Origin: a virus
Lineage: Duplodnaviria; Caudoviricetes
Length of the DNA stretch: 64,000 nucleotides
IMG/VR virus record: IMGVR_UViG_3300030419_006251
Coordinates: 32,001-96,000 of that record
Strand: one strand, 5' to 3'
The notes under the pieces are model-generated. The model saw only the letters and a list, made by a program, of their open reading frames with translations, was not told where the DNA came from and did not search any database. Of the stretch, positions 8,874-17,326 are shown one piece after another. The position numbers were made by a program, and so were the translations under genes. The first letter of the stretch is position 1. Each line of letters opens with the position of its first letter.

Positions 8874-9668
8874 TTAAACAGCAGATTTAAGCTCTCGCAT
8901 ATAAAATTCAAGATCTTCAGGCTGGTGACTATAGCGGCCGCACAACGCGTTAAGAGTAGAAATTGTATTCGTTATTTCAAAATTTGTTTTGATGAACACA
9001 TCACTAACTTGCTGATTTGTCAAACTTGTAAGGTCGCTAAAATCTATATCGCTATAAGCCTTTTCAGATTTTATGGCATTGCTAAGACACCATAACTGTT
9101 CGCAGCAGCAGTGCCCCGTTGGTGAGGGGTGTGGCGAGGGAACTTTGGCCATGGCAAAAACATAATTACTATTTCTTTGTACATCTGCCCACTCTTTGAT
9201 ATCATAAGCGTTGCCTAAGAATAGCCAGTCAGAAGGGTTAAAAAATCTATGACCCTCACCAGGGACTTTCTTGTACGCATCGATAGTCATTATATTGCTT
9301 ATATATAGCTTAGATCTCAATACATCATACCCATTTTGCTCAACAGGAATGTCCTTAAAAATCTCAAAGGGATCTCTAGCATGTACCATATCGGAGCGTG
9401 TTTTTAACACCAAGTCGTCATCCTCACATAACCTCAAAGCCTCTGTGAGACCATACACCTGTCTATTAAAATTTTGTATTGGGCCCGGGCCTGGGTCTTC
9501 TAAATATAAAACTTGTGCGTTTGTATCAATATCCCTATCTTGATCCTTCCATGTAGAGAATATAACATGAGTGTTGGGCAATGATTCAAAAAACTTAAGG
9601 CTTTGTTCTGTCCAAGGGGTTATTCTGCCTTGCACTATAACAACTTTATTTCTATTATTTACTTGCAT
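8874..9668 (-). CDS. WavE-like lipopolysaccharide synthesis protein
   Basis: VIVQG...IFSTW...DPG...NFNRQ...LKTRSD...PSDW pattern recalled for the WavE family; ATG at 9668 preceded by GGAG. Confidence 0.6.
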   Translation of the reverse strand: MQVNNRNKVVIVQGRITPWTEQSLKFFESLPNTHVIFSTWKDQDRDIDTNAQVLYLEDPGPGPIQNFNRQVYGLTEALRLCEDDDLVLKTRSDMVHARDPFEIFKDIPVEQNGYDVLRSKLYISNIMTIDAYKKVPGEGHRFFNPSDWLFLGNAYDIKEWADVQRNSNYVFAMAKVPSPHPSPTGHCCCEQLWCLSNAIKSEKAYSDIDFSDLTSLTNQQVSDVFIKTNFEITNTISTLNALCGRYSHQPEDLEFYMRELKSAV

Positions 9669-12277
9669 AAATATTTTCTCCACTTGTTATACATTCTCTG
9701 CATGTCTCTGTTGCCGTCTCGTATTCTACTCTCTGTTAGATTTTCATCTTCAGAATTTTGGGCGGGCGGCGGATCGGGCTCAGCGTCCCACAGTTGTTCG
9801 ATAGGTTCTGGACCTTTCATTCCGGTCGGCATTCGCAGTCTGCGTATTGTTTCCAGTGTACCCAAAAAGATCTCGCGAAGCTTATCTTCATCATCGACAG
9901 TGCCGGGTTGCCAAACTGCAGCTTCAAATAGGTCTATCACCTCGTCTGGGTCTCCATCGCCAACGACGAATGCAAACTCGTAGTTTACTCCATTATCAAG
10001 GGGCATAGCTCCGGTTCCCTCCTCCCATATGTCTACATTGTACTCTGTTTGGACCTCTTCTTTTGCAGCTGCTAGCATCTTCTTTCGAATTGCATGTTTA
10101 AAATCGCGAGAGTCTAATACTTGTTGTAAAACCTGTGGGTTCCATTGAAGCTCTTTGGTATCGAAGAAAAATTCTACTTGACCCACTATAATGGTGGCCT
10201 CCTCGGGATCCCATTTGTCATCAAGCTCAAGCGTCCACTCATAAGGATCGATATCTTTGTTTGAAACCTCTATGGCCATGTTTAAAAACCTCCCACCAGT
10301 CATAGAGCCTTCCATTTTATAGTGTCTGGTGAGGTAATGTTTAATTCCGTCGTACATGTCATCAATAGTATTAATGGCTACGCCAAAGTCCTCGACTTCT
10401 TCTGCGTCTGCGGTAAACGGCATGCCAGTCCACTCTGGAATCTTTTCTGGCCAAATACGGAAGCCTAATTCAATCGTATGATTCTGATTGCGACGAAGCC
10501 ATGAGGCTGATTCATCTGCCCAAGCCCAACCCAAGTCGTTAAGTTCCGAGACTGCCCAGCGCGCTGAGCTTGGGACAGGAAGCTTGTTCCATTCTTCTAC
10601 ACCCCACTGGACTTTCATCCATGCCTTGAGCATGATGATAATCTGACCATCGTCGTCTTCAACGCTTGCTTCAATTTCTGCAGCTTGGTATCTACCGTTC
10701 CATTGATCGACTATCTCGTCTACTCGGGCCTGCACAGCTTCAATCTGGCCGGCGGTAAACATAGAGGGATCTAAGTCATATTCCGGACTTGCATCTTGCT
10801 CGACCTGTCCGTCAAAGTTTTCGTTAGGTCGACCAGTTAGTTGCACCATTAGTTCGCGGCGGCCGGCGTAGCCTTGAGTGTCTTCGTAAGAAGCACCAAT
10901 AAGTTTAAACTTGTTCAGGTCAATGCCATCACCATACGCATCAATCGGCATGTTTTCAAGAGCCTCTTTTTGATTTTCTCTTGCCCACTGAACCACGCGT
11001 TCAACAAAGCCGGGAATCTTCTTTCCATACACACGCTTCTCGGGTACCGCCAACTGCGTACCAATATCATAACCACCTTCTGGATCTGGAGTGTCGTACA
11101 CAAACTTTCTAAGGCGCAATCTAGAAATTGGATTTAATTCTGTGCTGAGTCCGATGTGGCTTCCTCTAACATCATCTGGGAATATTTCTCCCACATGATC
11201 ACGATCGATGGCGGCCTCTGCAGCTTCGATTGAATCGGCACCAGTAGCTTCCAACAGGTCTTGTGTGTTGACGATATATGCAATGGCTCCGTGCCCATGG
11301 GCTTCGGCGACGGCACACTTATAGTAGGTATCTCCTCCGCTTCTGGATGGTGGGCTGTGGCAGGATGTGATGTTATTAAAATCGCTCATGCGAAGGATAT
11401 CGATGGGATCCCGCGTGAGAATGATGGAGTATTGATCTCCCTTTAGTTCGTCAATTTCCTTCTTAATGTAGCCTGCATTTTCTTGCCAATATTTGGCCAT
11501 CTTAGTTGCCCAATCGGGTATCTCGCTCCATGCTGGTTCAAGATATCCGGGATTTGGAATGTATAGCTTAAGCTGACTATATAGTTGGTCATATCTTCCC
11601 CTCTCTTGTTCATCGGGCAGCGCATGCTTAAGCTGAGTTCCGGTAACATTACCGGGAGAACGGGGGGTCACGCCGGCGGTCTTAAGGCTGTCGACAACCT
11701 TTTGAAAAAGTACATCCTGCTTCTTTGATAGTTCTGCAATCTTCGCAAATAGCTTACCGACCTTCATCTGGATTTTTTTGCTTCTCTTTTGTCGCGACTG
11801 GCCGCGGCCTAGGCCCATCAAATCGTCCAGCAAGTCCTCGGAACTTGTAATATCTCGCTCTGCTGAAACAATGCCACGCTTCCAATCAACTTCATACTCC
11901 TGTTTTCTGAAAAACTCCATGAACTTTCCAAGATCAGAATCTATATCGACAGCTTGAAAGTCTATAACCCTACGGGTCTTGCCTTGAAATGCATCATTGA
12001 AGGCGAGTTCTTCTGGGCCCATTTCATCGATGGCATCGCGAATATGCTCTACTTCGTCTTCAGATATCTCGCGCAGGAGACGAAGGCCTTCTCCCATAGG
12101 CGGCGCGGACTTGCCAGATGGCTTAGTCATACCCTGTACTCCGGAGCCCTCTCGCTTATCATTATCTCCAGTGCTTAGCAAAAAGTCTAGCTCTCCCGGG
12201 AGATTCTGTCGCATTCGTTTTTGAAAGGGTTCTTCTTCAGCCAAGAATTGGCGCCACTTGTGATGGAAATCAGACAT
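9659..12277 (-). CDS. Hypothetical 872-aa protein, probable internal head protein
   Basis: Long ORF; KWRQFLAEE leader and C-terminal KWRKYL; conserved-looking core TRDPIDILRMSD...SCHS. Confidence 0.6.
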   Translation of the reverse strand: MSDFHHKWRQFLAEEEPFQKRMRQNLPGELDFLLSTGDNDKREGSGVQGMTKPSGKSAPPMGEGLRLLREISEDEVEHIRDAIDEMGPEELAFNDAFQGKTRRVIDFQAVDIDSDLGKFMEFFRKQEYEVDWKRGIVSAERDITSSEDLLDDLMGLGRGQSRQKRSKKIQMKVGKLFAKIAELSKKQDVLFQKVVDSLKTAGVTPRSPGNVTGTQLKHALPDEQERGRYDQLYSQLKLYIPNPGYLEPAWSEIPDWATKMAKYWQENAGYIKKEIDELKGDQYSIILTRDPIDILRMSDFNNITSCHSPPSRSGGDTYYKCAVAEAHGHGAIAYIVNTQDLLEATGADSIEAAEAAIDRDHVGEIFPDDVRGSHIGLSTELNPISRLRLRKFVYDTPDPEGGYDIGTQLAVPEKRVYGKKIPGFVERVVQWARENQKEALENMPIDAYGDGIDLNKFKLIGASYEDTQGYAGRRELMVQLTGRPNENFDGQVEQDASPEYDLDPSMFTAGQIEAVQARVDEIVDQWNGRYQAAEIEASVEDDDGQIIIMLKAWMKVQWGVEEWNKLPVPSSARWAVSELNDLGWAWADESASWLRRNQNHTIELGFRIWPEKIPEWTGMPFTADAEEVEDFGVAINTIDDMYDGIKHYLTRHYKMEGSMTGGRFLNMAIEVSNKDIDPYEWTLELDDKWDPEEATIIVGQVEFFFDTKELQWNPQVLQQVLDSRDFKHAIRKKMLAAAKEEVQTEYNVDIWEEGTGAMPLDNGVNYEFAFVVGDGDPDEVIDLFEAAVWQPGTVDDEDKLREIFLGTLETIRRLRMPTGMKGPEPIEQLWDAEPDPPPAQNSEDENLTESRIRDGNRDMQRMYNKWRKYLCK

Positions 12278-12284
12278 TACCTAA

Positions 12285-12293
12285 TAAATAGTT
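12285..12293 (-). promoter_or_regulatory. Putative late promoter motif
   Basis: AACTATTTA 7 nt before the ATG at 12277. Confidence 0.55.
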
Positions 12294-12297
12294 ATTT

Positions 12298-13257
12298 TTA
12301 TGCGTTGTTGGCCACAATTCTTTTCATCGATGCGAATAAATCTGTAAAATCAACGACACCAAATCCATCTTCTATCATCATAGTCTTAAATGTGGTCTGA
12401 TTAAGCTCGGCATTAAAGTTTTCAATTATATATCTTAACTTACTCTTACCCTGTACGCTAATCGACGGTGCGTACAGTTGCATCATTTTATAATTGTGCT
12501 CTATTGTCTCTCTATTCTCTGAGATAGTTTTAAAAACCTTTAATTTCTCTTCGGAACAATTACAGTGATCAATGATATCGTCAATGGTGTAAGTTTTCTC
12601 CTCAATCAAAAACGGAAATCGTTTAGCTATCGTAGAGAGGCCTACACCTTTAATTCCAGGTAAATTATCGCTTCTGTCTCCGACGATAGACCTAGCCATA
12701 GCAAAATTTGTTGGATGAATGCCAAACTCTTCAACAATTCTTTTAGAACTGAGTACTTGCTTTTGAATTGGTCTGTAAAGTACAGTATTATCATCACAAA
12801 GCTGAAAGAAATCTTTGTCCGAAGAAACGATCACCTTTTGCCACGAGTTGTACTTCTTATTTTGACAAACATATGAAATAATATCATCAGCTTCAACAGA
12901 TGGCAGCATCATTTGCACGACAGGAAGCTGGTTGAGATATTCTACTAGTCTAGTTTGTTGCCAGATCTTGTTGGCCACCTCTTCACTCTCGGAAAGATTT
13001 CTAATATCTCGATTCAAACGAATTGGTTTGCGGCCTTGCTTATAGTTCTTGTCCTGAGATTTTCGGCGTTGACTTCCGCCTTCTCCATCCCAACAAATAA
13101 TAATTTCGTCAGGCCTAGTTTCCCTAATTAGTTTCTGTATTATACCAAGAAATCCCTTTACTCCACCAATTGGCTGGCCATTAGTGGATAGACTAGGATT
13201 TACAATGTATGCCCTAAAGTACATGTTAAGAGCATCTATTACTAACAATCGTTTCAT
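12298..13257 (-). CDS. 5'-3' exonuclease / flap endonuclease (T4 RNase H, Pol I N-terminal domain family)
   Basis: LLVIDALN, EADDII, SSDKDFFQL, GDRSDNLPGIKGVG; start moved to MKRLL at 13257 (GAGGAG SD, overlap with the upstream stop). Confidence 0.9.
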   Translation of the reverse strand: MKRLLVIDALNMYFRAYIVNPSLSTNGQPIGGVKGFLGIIQKLIRETRPDEIIICWDGEGGSQRRKSQDKNYKQGRKPIRLNRDIRNLSESEEVANKIWQQTRLVEYLNQLPVVQMMLPSVEADDIISYVCQNKKYNSWQKVIVSSDKDFFQLCDDNTVLYRPIQKQVLSSKRIVEEFGIHPTNFAMARSIVGDRSDNLPGIKGVGLSTIAKRFPFLIEEKTYTIDDIIDHCNCSEEKLKVFKTISENRETIEHNYKMMQLYAPSISVQGKSKLRYIIENFNAELNQTTFKTMMIEDGFGVVDFTDLFASMKRIVANNA

Positions 13258-13499
13258 TTTCTCCTCGCCGGATAGTGGTCGATTATTTGTTCGAATATTT
13301 TCCTCTTCAAGAAGCTTTCCAATATGCGCGACTCCCATCCTAACACCTTCCATAGTGCGCCGACGCGCTGTTCTTTTCTATGATCGTAATACGGTGACTG
13401 CTTAGCTTGCAATACTCCCTGTTCGGCTCGTCCGTTTTCATACTTGACGACCATATCTCCAACTTGTAAATCAATTTTTCTCCACGGTTTGTAATTCAT
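13254..13499 (-). CDS. Hypothetical protein (81 aa)
   Basis: Fills the gap downstream of a promoter; ATGA coupling to the exonuclease. Confidence 0.6.
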   Translation of the reverse strand: MNYKPWRKIDLQVGDMVVKYENGRAEQGVLQAKQSPYYDHRKEQRVGALWKVLGWESRILESFLKRKIFEQIIDHYPARRK

Positions 13500-13525
13500 G
13501 CATAAAAAACCCTATATGCTGTATT

Positions 13526-13555
13526 AATATAGCATACAGGGCCCCAAAAAGTCAA
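13526..13555 (-). promoter_or_regulatory. Sigma70-type promoter with extended -10
   Basis: TTGACT-18 nt-TATATT, with TG one base before the -10. Confidence 0.55.
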
Positions 13556-13563
13556 CTAGTTTT

Positions 13564-13869
13564 TTATAATCGCACAACTACGCGCCAATATCCGCTGATC
13601 CAGACTCCTCTACGATTGTAGTGGCCTGGAGTCCATCGCCAAACAAGCGCCGAATTGCCATGAGGGTATGTCCAATAGCCTCTGGGATGTAGCGTAACAT
13701 GGTTGGCGTTTGAGCGTGCCCGACGCGGTGCATAATGTGGTTTTGTGCAATTATGATCTACCACGACATGCACAGGCAAAGGCTTGGGAGGATGTCGGCG
13801 TTTGTGGGGCTTAGCCTCCGCAGTGTTAAAAGATGTTGCTAAAATTAAAGCTGTTAATAGTGAACTCAT
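13564..13869 (-). CDS. Secreted protein with WXXGXW-type repeats
   Basis: Signal peptide ending TAEA; WRWTPGHY and WISGYW repeats. Confidence 0.55.
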   Translation of the reverse strand: MSSLLTALILATSFNTAEAKPHKRRHPPKPLPVHVVVDHNCTKPHYAPRRARSNANHVTLHPRGYWTYPHGNSALVWRWTPGHYNRRGVWISGYWRVVVRL

Positions 13870-13882
13870 GTGTCTCTTCTCC

Positions 13883-14086
13883 TTATCTACAGTTTGCCGG
13901 TTTTATAAAAAGTGTAATGTCTTTTTTCGGCTTCCATTTGTTCTCTTCAATAAAAATTTCTCTGGCTTCTTCAGCCGTATTTGCGTTAATCACCTGTTTG
14001 TATCTGTATGTTTTCGTCTTTCTGTTATATTCTCTTATTTCATATACAGACGCGGGTGAAGCAATTTTATTCACTATTATCTCCAT
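13883..14086 (-). CDS. Hypothetical protein (67 aa)
   Basis: Same strand, overlaps the recA stop region. Confidence 0.5.
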   Translation of the reverse strand: MEIIVNKIASPASVYEIREYNRKTKTYRYKQVINANTAEEAREIFIEENKWKPKKDITLFIKPANCR

Positions 14087-15182
14087 AAAATTCTTCGGCG
14101 GCGCCTTCTCGTTTGTCGAACTTCATAATCACCTCCTCATCCATAATCTCTAAAACATTCTTTCTGAAATTTTCATCTGATAATTTATCTGCCCACTTGC
14201 TGGCTTGGAACTTAGGACCTAATGGCTTACCATTCTTGTCTAAAAGTTCATACCAAGCACCAGAGCGCTTAAGTCTGGATGAGCCGGCAATTGCATCGAA
14301 CCAACTCTCCTCGTCTTGTACTCCAATCTCGTCGCCCCATAGAATTCTGAAGTTACACTGACGACCCTGCGTTCCGAAGCGAGACTTCTCCAGTTTAACC
14401 TTAACCTCTGATCCTATTCTAAACCCTTTGTCGTCCAATACAAAACTGGCTTTCGCTTTGCGGCCCGTTAACCAAACACGCAAAGAGTAGGCATAAATCA
14501 TAGCCTTGCCGCCCGGAGTCATGTAAGGAGTGGTCAAAGCTTCTGATGGAGATCGAGTGATATTTGTCTTAAGCTGGTTTAAAACTAAAAAAGTTGATTG
14601 GGAATTAGCAATCGGCACTGTTAACTTAGACATACCCTTGGCCAAGATTCTGGCTTTGACAGCCATTGATGACAAGGGGTTAAAATCTCCTTCAATATCG
14701 GATATTGCTGGAGTCAGGGCCAAAGAATCCCAGATAAAGAGCATGCGATTATCATTAGAGCCGAGTAATTCTTCGATTGTTTCTAATACAAACTCAACAG
14801 AAGCAGCCTGCACATATAGTAGACCACTCAAGTCGCATCCTGCGCGTTCCAAGAAAGAAGGATCAATAGCTGACTCTGAATCGAAATAAATCACATCGAT
14901 GCCCATTTTCTGAGCGTTGGCTGCAATCTGTGCGGCCATGTACGACTTTCCAGTAGCTTCTAATCCTGCGATTTCGACAATCTTTCCAACCGGAATGCCA
15001 GCCAGTCGACCACGACAGATGATCGAGTCAAGCCATCGCGATCCAGTAGGAATCCAATCCTTGACAGCAGTCGGGTTGTCTTCTGTAAGGTTGTGTGCAA
15101 CATTTTGTCCTGCCTTCTTGTTAATGAGCGAGCGCATGTCTGCTATTGAAAGTTTGCCAACCTTCGTTTTAGTTCTAGCCAT
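14067..15182 (-). CDS. recA: RecA/UvsX-like recombinase
   Basis: IPTGSRWLD, Walker A GLEATGKS, IWDSLA, LNQLK and TPGGKA; start at MARTK. Confidence 0.92.
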   Translation of the reverse strand: MARTKTKVGKLSIADMRSLINKKAGQNVAHNLTEDNPTAVKDWIPTGSRWLDSIICRGRLAGIPVGKIVEIAGLEATGKSYMAAQIAANAQKMGIDVIYFDSESAIDPSFLERAGCDLSGLLYVQAASVEFVLETIEELLGSNDNRMLFIWDSLALTPAISDIEGDFNPLSSMAVKARILAKGMSKLTVPIANSQSTFLVLNQLKTNITRSPSEALTTPYMTPGGKAMIYAYSLRVWLTGRKAKASFVLDDKGFRIGSEVKVKLEKSRFGTQGRQCNFRILWGDEIGVQDEESWFDAIAGSSRLKRSGAWYELLDKNGKPLGPKFQASKWADKLSDENFRKNVLEIMDEEVIMKFDKREGAAEEFYGDNSE

Positions 15183-15262
15183 TAGTTTCTCTTGTTTTGT
15201 TTTGAAAAAGTGAGGCACCTGTTAACCCTATGCCTTCCCCGTGGGTCTGTACCTATTATCGA

Positions 15263-16039
15263 TTATGCATTCATAAGTTCGTCAAATGCACGGTCAACGC
15301 TAGAACCAGCGGACGCGGGCGGTACAGTCATCTCGCCGTCGTCACCGTACTTGGTGGTCTCGGTCGAGGAAGCTTCGTCCCCAAGGAGGAATGCATCAAG
15401 CATACTTCCCACTTCTTCTGGAGTCTTGCGCTCGAAAAGAGTATTGAAGTCTGGAATGTTTTCCAGAAACTCGGCGCAAAGCTCCACGCCACCGATAGAT
15501 TCGTCACACAGTGGTGATGGTCGGCGCCGAGGGGTAAGCTTGGTCTGCGGAAACGACGCTCCTGCGGGCTTGCCGTAATGCAGCACAAGATCTGTACCAG
15601 TATCTGGATCTGTGATGTCTCCGTACTCGGGGTTTAGAACCAAATTAATGAGTTGTTCGTAAACCATTTTGCCAAAGCCCCAGACACGGACACCCTTGCT
15701 CTCCTCGCCGCGGACGATTACCGGAGCGAAGAAACGCTGTCGAGCCATAAGGTTCTTGGCCATTTTTACACTGTCTTCAGTGCCCTCGTTAAAGAGTTTG
15801 CGCACGAATGAGTCCAGTGGATCATCCTCGCCAAAGTTCTTCTTGGGACTCAAGAAACCAGCGTTATTTCCCACATTATAGTGGAACCAGAAATCCTTAA
15901 AGGGATCTCCGTCGGCAGTCGGAACAATACGAATCGTTTGTTCGCCGTCTTGTGGACGCCAAAAATACGAACCGCCTCCGTTGCCTCGATTTTCTAGAGC
16001 CTGCTTACGGGCTCTCATCTTACTCATGTCAATTGCCAT
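15263..16039 (-). CDS. Single-stranded DNA-binding protein (gp32-like)
   Basis: FWRPQDGEQTIRIVP, FWFHY and GVRVWGFGKMVY pattern; acidic C-terminus; adjacent to recA. Confidence 0.75.
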   Translation of the reverse strand: MAIDMSKMRARKQALENRGNGGGSYFWRPQDGEQTIRIVPTADGDPFKDFWFHYNVGNNAGFLSPKKNFGEDDPLDSFVRKLFNEGTEDSVKMAKNLMARQRFFAPVIVRGEESKGVRVWGFGKMVYEQLINLVLNPEYGDITDPDTGTDLVLHYGKPAGASFPQTKLTPRRRPSPLCDESIGGVELCAEFLENIPDFNTLFERKTPEEVGSMLDAFLLGDEASSTETTKYGDDGEMTVPPASAGSSVDRAFDELMNA

Positions 16040-16126
16040 TTTTATTTTCTCCTATTGTTATTTGTGGCTGGCTAGCCTATAGTCAAAGCAACAAATATTT
16101 TGCTCTGCTAAATTCTGTATAGTATA

Positions 16127-16155
16127 AATATAATACACTCTGAAAGCTTTGTCAA
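16127..16155 (-). promoter_or_regulatory. Sigma70-type promoter upstream of SSB
   Basis: TTGACA-17 nt-TATATT. Confidence 0.8.
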
Positions 16156-16163
16156 TCTTTTTT

Positions 16164-16475
16164 TTAAAAATCTTTTCTAAGGGGTACAGCGTAATATGCG
16201 TTTGGGCCGGCGGCACACCAGCAAGTATCATCTTCATCATAAAAGCTGTATTCCATATCCAACACTGCACATCCTACTTCACACTGTCCGACTCGGCGGC
16301 CGTGTTCTTCTCCCATATCATACGATACTATACTAGTATAACATATGGAACCTACCATTGCAACAACAAATAAGACATAAGAAGCAATTCTATATGCCTT
16401 CCTCCAGTTTCTATTTTTAAACCAGTCTATAAGATGTCTTACTTTTTTGCTAATCTTTTTTACCTTCTTTTTCAT
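16164..16475 (-). CDS. Hypothetical membrane protein
   Basis: Basic N-terminus, one TM helix, Cys-containing C-terminal region. Confidence 0.55.
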   Translation of the reverse strand: MKKKVKKISKKVRHLIDWFKNRNWRKAYRIASYVLFVVAMVGSICYTSIVSYDMGEEHGRRVGQCEVGCAVLDMEYSFYDEDDTCWCAAGPNAYYAVPLRKDF

Positions 16476-17326
16476 TCTATTTGTGTCTCCTGTATTATTG
16501 AAGAGCTTGATATTACATACACAAACGGCTCTTCATAATCAGATTCGTGCACGGTGAAGTTTATCTTTATTTTACCATCTTTTGATTTTCTTTTAACCTG
16601 TTCTATAATTTTATTCATTAATTTTATATCCGTATCAAGTTCCTTCTTTGGTATTAGATAAAAATAAGTCTTTTCTCTAGCATATAGCAGCTCATAGAAC
16701 AACATCTCCTCGTCATTTTCAATGGAAGCCATGCCTATTGTTGACAGTCTCGCCATACTAATATTGGGAGATACGACTCCATATATTGGATTATCATTCT
16801 GCAGTACTTTGATCATGTGGTAGGCCATCGATATTTGGTTTGATAAATTATTTTCAAATTCCGATATCGGCACATCCCCCATCATATTCCGCAACAACTC
16901 ATGAGAGATGACAAACATGCGCTCAAAAACACCGGACCTTGCATACTCTTGAAATATATTAAAGGCACCGCGATTTAAAAGCTGTCTCTCAGTGCTCAAC
17001 AGTGCTGCTTCGGGCTTGTAATACAACAAACTAATTGTTGCACGGCTTCGTATTGTTTCCAATATTTTTAACGAGGCTGCTGATATAAACTCCCCTCCGG
17101 AAATAACTACTAGAGTCTCACCATTCACATTCTTTAGAAAATTTTTCATAGACGGACATTTACTTTCGTAATCTTCCGGCGAATCAAACGAAGGAAAATC
17201 GTAAATGCCATTCTTCTTCAAGCCCTTTAGTCCAGTATCAATTTTATACACACTATATTGTGAATGCTGTTCAAGTTTCTCTACAACAGAACAGCCAGTT
17301 TTGCCTATGCCAATCAAGTTTATCAC
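16472..17326 (-). CDS. Divergent tubulin/FtsZ-like protein
   Basis: N-terminal LIGIGKTGCSVV (GxGxxG), degenerate T4 loop VISGGEFISAAS, MFVISHELL strand, length about 284 aa. Confidence 0.55.
   Translation of the reverse strand: MINLIGIGKTGCSVVEKLEQHSQYSVYKIDTGLKGLKKNGIYDFPSFDSPEDYESKCPSMKNFLKNVNGETLVVISGGEFISAASLKILETIRSRATISLLYYKPEAALLSTERQLLNRGAFNIFQEYARSGVFERMFVISHELLRNMMGDVPISEFENNLSNQISMAYHMIKVLQNDNPIYGVVSPNISMARLSTIGMASIENDEEMLFYELLYAREKTYFYLIPKKELDTDIKLMNKIIEQVKRKSKDGKIKINFTVHESDYEEPFVYVISSSSIIQETQIE

Noticed and set aside
15208-15240. Hairpin between SSB and recA
   Set aside because: Short stem with a large loop; terminator function not supportable
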